A stretch of DNA of 64,000 nt from Rickettsiales bacterium. Its GTDB lineage: Bacteria > Pseudomonadota > Alphaproteobacteria > Rs-D84. The notes under the pieces were generated by a model, which saw only the letters and a program-made list of their open reading frames with translations, made no database searches and was not told where the DNA came from. Positions 57,783 to 64,000 of this stretch are shown in pieces (the first letter of the stretch is position 1; each line of letters opens with the position of its first letter). A program made the position numbers and the translations under genes. Location: NCBI GenBank assembly GCA_031288835.1, contig JAITQO010000006.1:54884-118883 (forward strand). Reading direction: 5' to 3'.

Positions 57783-58820
57783 CTACATCGCGATTGTTTT
57801 GCAATTCGGGACGGGGGCGAACGCGGCGGCATTCGTCCCGCTCAGCCATATTTGCGCGCCCGCGTCCGCAAGGCCGGCGAAAAGGGCGTCTCGGGCATTC
57901 CCGTCAAGATGGGAATCCGCCTCGTCCAACAGCACCAAAAGCGGCCGGGACGGATTTTTCGCGCGCAAAAGTTTCGCGTTCGCAATTATCAATTTGTTTA
58001 GGAGCAGCTTTTGCTGTCCGGACGAGGTTTTTTCGGCCGGCAGCCCGAGTTTGCGATTCATGACCGAAAAGTCCGTCCTGTGCGCGCCGTCGACGCTCAT
58101 TTTATCGGCGATTAAAAACCGGTTTTCAGACAGGTATTTCAGATAAAAATCCTCAAAATCGCCGGCTTTTTCGCCATCCATTATTTTTTGCTCCAGCATT
58201 CCGGACAGTCCGGCGACGCCGTCGGAAAAAAAATGATTCAATTCGGCGACATACCTTACCCGTGCGTCCGCGACGGCGGACGCGGCGGACGCGATGTTCG
58301 CCTCTATGCCGCCGAGCCAGTTTTCGTCGGCGCCGTTCCTAAGCGCGAACGCCCGTTCGGACAGCAGCTTCGACAATCGGGCGACGCGCCCCGTGTGGCG
58401 CCCGTCGAATCCGGCGACAAGGTTGTCGAAAAACGCGCGGCGCCCGGACGGAGGGCCGCAAAAAAGCAAATCCTCGGCGGATGTCAGCCAAACGATGCCG
58501 ACGCGTTTCGGCAATTCGGACAGCGGAACGGATTCGCCGTCCACCTTCGCCTTCCTGCGCCCGCCGCCGAGCCAGAAAACGCAGAGTTCCGAGCCGTCGG
58601 AAAACTTCGCCGCAACGGCGTATTCGTTCGTCCCGAAACGCGCCAAATCCCCGGATTGGGCGCCCCGAAGCCCGAAACCGCCCGACAGCAGGGACAACGC
58701 CTCCAGCACGTTCGTCTTTCCGGCCCCGTTCGCGCCGGAAAGGGCGACGTTCCCCCCGTCCGCCCTGATTCGGAAACTTTCGTGATTCCTGAAATTGGTA
58801 AGCGTCAGCTGCTCTATCAT
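57783..58820 (-). CDS. recF: DNA replication and repair protein RecF
   Basis: Walker A GANGAGKTNVLEA at the N-terminus. C-terminal Walker B LLDEADSHLD. 345 aa. Confidence 0.8.
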   Translation of the reverse strand: MIEQLTLTNFRNHESFRIRADGGNVALSGANGAGKTNVLEALSLLSGGFGLRGAQSGDLARFGTNEYAVAAKFSDGSELCVFWLGGGRRKAKVDGESVPLSELPKRVGIVWLTSAEDLLFCGPPSGRRAFFDNLVAGFDGRHTGRVARLSKLLSERAFALRNGADENWLGGIEANIASAASAVADARVRYVAELNHFFSDGVAGLSGMLEQKIMDGEKAGDFEDFYLKYLSENRFLIADKMSVDGAHRTDFSVMNRKLGLPAEKTSSGQQKLLLNKLIIANAKLLRAKNPSRPLLVLLDEADSHLDGNARDALFAGLADAGAQIWLSGTNAAAFAPVPNCKTIAM

Positions 58821-58832
58821 ATTTTCATTTTG

Positions 58833-59999
58833 CTAAAATCCGGCCCGGATTTCAACGGATAAATTGGAGAGCCCGAGCTTGACGACGACAGCCGCGTCGT
58901 CTTCGGAAAAACGCCATCCGGCGGTCAGCCCGAAATCGGTTTTATAAAAATCCCGGGAGACATAGAATCCGTATCTCTCAGAAACGCCGACGTGCCTGTC
59001 CGACACATAGGCGTGCAGGCCGTATGACAGATAAAGATATTCGTCCGATTCCACGGCGATTTCAGATTCGACATAATTCAGCCGCAGGACGGGGCGAAGG
59101 CGGTCGAATGCCGGCGAGAAATCCAGAAATGCGTGAAACAGCCGGCTTTTCGCGCTATCTTTCAAACCTCCGGCGGGCGTCATCACGGCGATATTGTCCC
59201 AATCCGCCCAAAGCGTCTTTACGCCGATTCCAAAATGCTTGTAATATGCGGACACGCCGGCTCCGTAGACGAGGGCGCGGCCGGTTTTGTATTTGTCGTC
59301 CTCGTTCGCCTCGCCCATGTAAAATCCGGACGATACGGAAAAATCGGCGCCGGAATGCCCGAACGAAACGCCGCCCCAAAGGTTCTGGCCGTCCGTTTCG
59401 TATCTGACGCCGCCGAACGGACCAGGCCTATCCATGCCGCCGAAATCAATCCCCGCCATCATCCTGTGCAGCGAGTCGTTCAGAACCAGAGGATTAAAAA
59501 ACATGGTCTTGCCCATTTCCCGGGACAACTGCGGCAGGCTTTGCGCCGCGTCCAAATTTTTCAGGATTTTACTGTCCGGGTCGCCCGTGCGGAGCGAATT
59601 CAGAAACATCGCCCTTTTGTCGCCGCCCCCGAAAATCACCGCGTAATCGGTTTCCCGCACGGAATTGACGTTTACGTTGTCCGACTCGATAAAATAGTTG
59701 AACATCGGGTCAGTGTCGCCCAAAAGCGCCGGGTAGACAAGGCCGCCGAACTTCGGAAGAACGCGCGCGGCGCCGTCATAATCAAGAATCAAAAGCCTGA
59801 CGCTGCCGCCGTCGGCGATGAGAATGCGGCGCGCCAATTCGGCAAGTTCCGACATGCGGGCGGTTATTTCGTAAAAATATCCGCCGATTTCAATGGAATC
59901 GCCTGGCAAGGCCAGCAATTCGGCGGCGCTGACGGCCATCATCTCCCTCATTGCAAACGTCGTTAGGCACAAAAAACACGCAAGTTTTTTCATGCACAA
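58833..59999 (-). CDS. outer-membrane beta-barrel protein (porin-like; C-terminal Phe)
   Basis: Signal peptide. Alternating hydrophobic strands. Terminal ...SVEIRAGF. Confidence 0.5.
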   Translation of the reverse strand: MCMKKLACFLCLTTFAMREMMAVSAAELLALPGDSIEIGGYFYEITARMSELAELARRILIADGGSVRLLILDYDGAARVLPKFGGLVYPALLGDTDPMFNYFIESDNVNVNSVRETDYAVIFGGGDKRAMFLNSLRTGDPDSKILKNLDAAQSLPQLSREMGKTMFFNPLVLNDSLHRMMAGIDFGGMDRPGPFGGVRYETDGQNLWGGVSFGHSGADFSVSSGFYMGEANEDDKYKTGRALVYGAGVSAYYKHFGIGVKTLWADWDNIAVMTPAGGLKDSAKSRLFHAFLDFSPAFDRLRPVLRLNYVESEIAVESDEYLYLSYGLHAYVSDRHVGVSERYGFYVSRDFYKTDFGLTAGWRFSEDDAAVVVKLGLSNLSVEIRAGF

Positions 60000-60202
60000 G
60001 CTGCAATAATAAAAAATCCGGCGCGGTTTTGTCTATATTTTTAATCCCGGCGGCGAAATCGTCGTTCCGAAAAACGCAATCCGCAGATTCGCCCCTACTT
60101 ATAATACCCATTTTCCAGGACGCGGCCGGCGACGTCGATTGCGGCGTCGGCGGACGCAAAGGCATATATGTCCGCGGGGACAGACTGGTTCCCACGCGCG
60201 GA

Positions 60203-61858
60203 TTATTTCCGAACGGCGCCGAGAAGAACCATGATTCCGGCGGGCGTCATCCCACGGATGCGCGAAGCGGCGGCGATGTTTTCCGGACGGACGCGCGAAA
60301 GTTTTTGGCGCAGCTCGTTCGTCAATCCCGATATGGACGAATAATCCAATCCGGGCGGGATTTTGATATTCTTGTCTTTCCCGAGCCTTTCGATACGAAC
60401 ATTCTGCTGGGCGATATAGCCGGCATACAGAAAATCGTTCGCTTTGCAGGTAGCGGCATTTCGTTCCCGCATTTTCTCCGCAATCCCGGGATTTACAAGG
60501 TTCAAGGCGACGCCGATGCCGCCCAGACGGAATATCGCGTTGTCGGCGCGGAGCTGCAGGCGGTATTCGGCGCGGCTGGCGAACATCCTATACGGCTCGT
60601 CCACGCCGTTCGTCGTGATGTCGTCGAGCATTACCCCTATCATCGAGTTCGCGCGGTCAATCTCCAGCGCGGGCAGCCCCAGCGCGAACGCGGCCGCGTT
60701 CGCCCCGGCCGCCAATCCCTGCGCGGCGGCCTCTTCGTATCCGCTGGTGCCGTTGATTTGCCCGGCGAAAAATATTCCGGGATGCGTTTTGCTTTCCAGC
60801 GTCGCGCGGAGATGCCGCGCGTCGATCGCGTCGTATTCAATCGCGTATCCGTATCGCGCGACGCGCGCGTTCTCAAGCCCGGGAATCGTTCGCAGAAACC
60901 TGTCCTGGATTTCGGCGGAAAACGACGTCGACAGGCCGTTGGGGTATATTATTTCCGGATTCGCGAACCCCGTTTCAGGTTCCAAAAACACATGGTGCGA
61001 CAGGTGTTCCGGGAACTTCATCACCTTGTCCTCAATCGACGGGCAATATCGCGGCCCGATTCCCAATATATCCCCGTTATACAGCGGCGCGTCTTTTATA
61101 TTGTCGCGGATGATTTCATGCGTCCGCTCGTTCGTATGCGTTATGAAACACGAAGCCTGTTCCCTATCCTCCGACCCCTGTCCCCGAAAAGAAAACCATT
61201 CGTGGGGATTGTCGCCCGTCTGCTCCGCGCATTTGGAAAAATCGACGCTGTCGGCATAAAGGCGCGGCGGCGTTCCGGTTTTAAGGCGCAGGAGCGAAAA
61301 GCCCGCCGCCCCGAGCATTTCCGATATGTTTTCCGTATTTTCCTGATACGTTCCGTCGTCGCAAAGCCTGCCGCTCGGGATTTTCTCGGTTCCGCGCGTC
61401 GCAAGGCCGTTCAGAAACGTTCCCGTTGTCAAAACCAGCGCAGTCCCGCGATATTTTCCATTCACGGCCTTGTTTTCAAGGTCGACATCTTCAACGTCAT
61501 CGTATACGATTTCGAGATTCGCGATATGCGAAACGTGAAATGTGATATTTTTCCTATAAAGATTCCTGTCGATTTGCGCGCGCAGCGCCCGGGTCGCGGG
61601 GCCGTGCGCGGCGTTCAGCATGCGAAATTGGATTCCGGATTCGTCCGCGGCGACGGGCATTATCCCGCCGAGCGCGGCCATCTCGGCGACCATCTGCGAT
61701 TTCCCCGGCCCCCCGACGCTGGGGTTGCACGACATCGCCCCCAGGTCGCCGGGCGACTTGGTCAAAAGCAGCGTCCGCGCGCCGCGCCGCGCCGCGGCAG
61801 CCGCCGCCTCGACGCCCGCGTGCCCGCCGCCGATTACAATCGCGTCATATCTTTCCAC
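60203..61858 (-). CDS. mnmG: tRNA uridine-5-carboxymethylaminomethyl modification enzyme MnmG/GidA
   Basis: FAD motif [11 protein letters not shown]. Conserved [11 protein letters not shown] and C-terminal ASRI.G.TPA.I..LL. 551 aa, shorter than the ~620-aa E. coli protein in the C-terminal domain. Confidence 0.9.
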   Translation of the reverse strand: MERYDAIVIGGGHAGVEAAAAAARRGARTLLLTKSPGDLGAMSCNPSVGGPGKSQMVAEMAALGGIMPVAADESGIQFRMLNAAHGPATRALRAQIDRNLYRKNITFHVSHIANLEIVYDDVEDVDLENKAVNGKYRGTALVLTTGTFLNGLATRGTEKIPSGRLCDDGTYQENTENISEMLGAAGFSLLRLKTGTPPRLYADSVDFSKCAEQTGDNPHEWFSFRGQGSEDREQASCFITHTNERTHEIIRDNIKDAPLYNGDILGIGPRYCPSIEDKVMKFPEHLSHHVFLEPETGFANPEIIYPNGLSTSFSAEIQDRFLRTIPGLENARVARYGYAIEYDAIDARHLRATLESKTHPGIFFAGQINGTSGYEEAAAQGLAAGANAAAFALGLPALEIDRANSMIGVMLDDITTNGVDEPYRMFASRAEYRLQLRADNAIFRLGGIGVALNLVNPGIAEKMRERNAATCKANDFLYAGYIAQQNVRIERLGKDKNIKIPPGLDYSSISGLTNELRQKLSRVRPENIAAASRIRGMTPAGIMVLLGAVRK

Positions 61859-61860
61859 TG

Positions 61861-62232
61861 TTACCTTGAATCTTTAATCGCCCGAATCCATCGCGTCGCA
61901 TTGGAGCAGATTTCAATATGAGACCGAACAATGAAAGCAAAGCTGCGTTCCTCATGCTCCGCCAATTTCTTGTAAAGAGACGGATTTTTTTCTTCGAATT
62001 GCTTCAATTCTTCCATGGCATCCAAATGTTTTCTATATGCATTTTCTATGGCTGCGCACGTATTTCGGTCAATCGCGGATATGCGGGAATCCGCATATGA
62101 ACGCACTTCCTCATCCATCCGCTTTTTATGCACTTCCAGCTCTTTGCCCAACTCTTTCTGTTTAATCTCTAATCTTTTTCTTCCAATCGCCAGATAGGCA
62201 TTAATTGCCTGCTTTAATGTATTCATATCCAA
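61861..62232 (-). CDS. hypothetical helical protein in a low-GC (about 42%) patch
   Basis: 123-aa ORF, K/E-rich. Composition contrasts with the flanking mnmG. Confidence 0.35.
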   Translation of the reverse strand: MDMNTLKQAINAYLAIGRKRLEIKQKELGKELEVHKKRMDEEVRSYADSRISAIDRNTCAAIENAYRKHLDAMEELKQFEEKNPSLYKKLAEHEERSFAFIVRSHIEICSNATRWIRAIKDSR

Positions 62233-62344
62233 AGCCGCTCCTTTTTAACCAGATTTTATTTCATTTTCCGCCGATGTCAAGCACGCGCCAAAAGGCGAAT
62301 CGCAACCACCAAGACTTTCTTGATGGTTTTAACAGGGAGGAATC

Positions 62345-62607
62345 ATGAGACCGCTTATATTCTTTTGTCTGTTCATATTGATGATGGCCGCGATGGCGGA
62401 GGCGTATAAACTATGCACGGCCAAGCATGCGAAGCCGACAAGCCGCACGATGTCGGGGTCACCGCGGACGTCGCCTGTCCGGCGGACTATGCGGACGCCG
62501 GACAAAGCGCCGACGGAGTATGTCCGGCCGGGCAGACGGAATCGGCCGGCGTCATAACGGGGCAGACGGATTCGCGCGAAACATTCACGATGACCTGCGG
62601 CATGTGA
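62345..62607 (+). pseudogene. frameshifted small secreted Cys-containing protein, family of 51662..52231
   Basis: Signal peptide ORF (62345..) in frame 1. Cys-rich domain (62413..62607, ...GVCPAGQTES...TFTMTCGM) in frame 2. The C-terminus parallels ...CPAGYAQC...YTITCEE. Confidence 0.3.
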
Positions 62608-62712
62608 CGAAACGCTTGAAATACAAAAAAACTTCTGATATAATCCGCGCAAATGAGCAGAAAGACCATAATCATTATCAGATAAACCTAGGGGCGCTTT
62701 GGCGTATCGCCG

Positions 62713-62738
62713 GGGCGCGAACGCGCCCTTTTTTATTT
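62713..62738 (+). terminator. rho-independent terminator or attenuator hairpin GGGCGCGAACGCGCCC followed by TTTTTTATTT, 17 nt upstream of ileS
   Basis: 7-bp GC stem, 2-nt loop, U-tract. Confidence 0.45.
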
Positions 62739-62754
62739 AACAAAGGCAAAAAAC

Positions 62755-64000
62755 ATGGCGTATCCGAAAACAGAACCAAAGGCGGATTTTGTCGCAATCG
62801 AACATCAAATACTGGATTTCTGGCGCGCGAGCGATATTTTCCAAAAATCATTAAAGGCGACGGAGAAGGGCGCGCCGTTCTCGTTTTACGACGGGCCGCC
62901 TTTCGCGAACAACCTGCCGCATTGGGGACATTTGAGCGTCTCGGCCTTCAAGGACCTGGTCTGCCGGTACCGCACGATGCTGGGGCGGTTCGTCGACCGC
63001 GAATTCGGATGGGACTGCCACGGATTCCCGGCCGAAAACTCGGTCGAGAAACAGAGCGGCAGGCAGGCCAAGGATATTGTCGCCGAACAGGGAGTCGGGA
63101 CGTTCTGCGAAATGTGCCGCGCCGACGTGTCGACATACACAAAGGAGTGGGAGGCGTTTATCGCGCGGATTGGCCGCTGGGTCGAGATGGGCGACGACAA
63201 GGGATACCGCACGATGGACAAAAACTATATGGAATCCGTAATATGGGGATTGTCGGAGCTGTATAAAAAAGGCCTCCTTTACAAAGACTACCGCGTGAAC
63301 CCCTACGATTGGAAATTAGGGTCAGTTCTATCCAACAGCGAGGCGTCCGCCGACTATCGCGACGTCGTGGACGACGCGGTCACGATATGGTTCGAACTCC
63401 TGGACGGGCGGCGCGTTCTGGCATGGACGACGACCCCGTGGACATTGCCGGGCAATTCCGCGCTGTCTGTCAATCCGAAAATCAAATACGCGGTTATGAA
63501 GGATGCGGACGGCAAAGAATACATAATCGCCGAATCGCGCCTGGCGGCGTATGAAAAACAATTCGCGCAGGCGGAAAAGGTCGGCGCGCTCTCGGGCGCG
63601 GATATGGTCGGACTGAAATACAAGCCATTGTTCGATTACTATGACGACGAGCGGCTGTTCGTCGTCATCGCCGCGGATTATGTTTCGGATTCCGACGGAA
63701 CCGGAATCGTCCATATCGCGCCCGCGTTCGGCGAAGAGGATTTCTGGGCGGCAAAGGAATTCTGTCCGGAATTCCCGATTATCGTGAATGTGGACAATTA
63801 TGGAAATTTTGACGCCGGCGTCCGCGACTGGGCGGGCGAAAACATTTTCGAGGCGACGCCGAAAATAACGGAATATCTCAAAAAATCCGGCTTTTTGGTT
63901 AAAAAAGAGCAATACAAGCACGCCTATCCCTATGGCGAGCGGTCAAAGGAGAAGCTGATTTACCGCGCGACGGATTCATGGTATATCGACGTTCCGAAAA
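62755..64000 (+). CDS. ileS: isoleucyl-tRNA synthetase, type 2 (eukaryote-like), 5' partial; continues beyond the window
   Basis: Open frame from ATG 62755 to the window end, absent from the ORF table because there is no stop. FYDGPPFANNLPHWGHL HIGH-type motif. TTTPWTLPGN block typical of IleS2. Confidence 0.85.
   Translation, partial: MAYPKTEPKADFVAIEHQILDFWRASDIFQKSLKATEKGAPFSFYDGPPFANNLPHWGHLSVSAFKDLVCRYRTMLGRFVDREFGWDCHGFPAENSVEKQSGRQAKDIVAEQGVGTFCEMCRADVSTYTKEWEAFIARIGRWVEMGDDKGYRTMDKNYMESVIWGLSELYKKGLLYKDYRVNPYDWKLGSVLSNSEASADYRDVVDDAVTIWFELLDGRRVLAWTTTPWTLPGNSALSVNPKIKYAVMKDADGKEYIIAESRLAAYEKQFAQAEKVGALSGADMVGLKYKPLFDYYDDERLFVVIAADYVSDSDGTGIVHIAPAFGEEDFWAAKEFCPEFPIIVNVDNYGNFDAGVRDWAGENIFEATPKITEYLKKSGFLVKKEQYKHAYPYGERSKEKLIYRATDSWYIDVPK

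Overview
The window is GC-rich bacterial chromosome (roughly 55-60% GC) from the replication-origin neighbourhood. It carries rsmG-parA-parB with a cluster of seven parS-like palindromes, plus mnmG and recF further along. Around these sit standard housekeeping operons: tyrS, gap, miaA, comM, ruvX, gatCAB, fba, rsmE, rluB-like, fabD/fabG, mreB, xseB, mutS, an msbA-like ABC exporter, truB-rpsO-pnp, ybaB, tRNA-Val, a pyrF-pyrE fusion, rnpA, accBC and the 5' end of a eukaryote-like type 2 ileS. A type 2 IleS, Msp/WSP-like beta-barrel OMPs ending in Phe and a lone VirD4/TraG coupling protein hint at an intracellular, Rickettsiales-like alphaproteobacterium, but that is inference from weak signals. 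The housekeeping backbone is heavily interrupted by accessory and degenerative features. Pseudogenes: priA truncated to 320 aa; a ruvX whose 3' end is a copied gatB tail; a tyrS remnant; a hicA with an in-frame TGA at a conserved Trp; a frameshifted GT32 glycosyltransferase. Repeats: a ~105-bp MITE with 24-bp terminal inverted repeats (two copies plus a solo end); a family of Neisseria dRS3-like ATTCCCGC-N4-GCGGGAAT inverted repeats forming ~200-bp composite elements; other GC-rich dispersed repeats. Low-GC insertions: a ~1.5-kb AT-rich, transposase-less cassette bounded by ~95-bp imperfect inverted repeats; a ~40% GC 525-aa orphan gene; a secreted 631-aa Cys-rich protein translationally coupled to a 319-aa unknown. 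The most novel-looking signal is a ~235-nt structured 5' leader RNA present twice (11622-11853 and 57205-57436). Both copies precede paralogous ~110-aa proteins, show compensatory base changes in two stems, and have an SD-sequestering hairpin. I could not match it to any riboswitch class I know.
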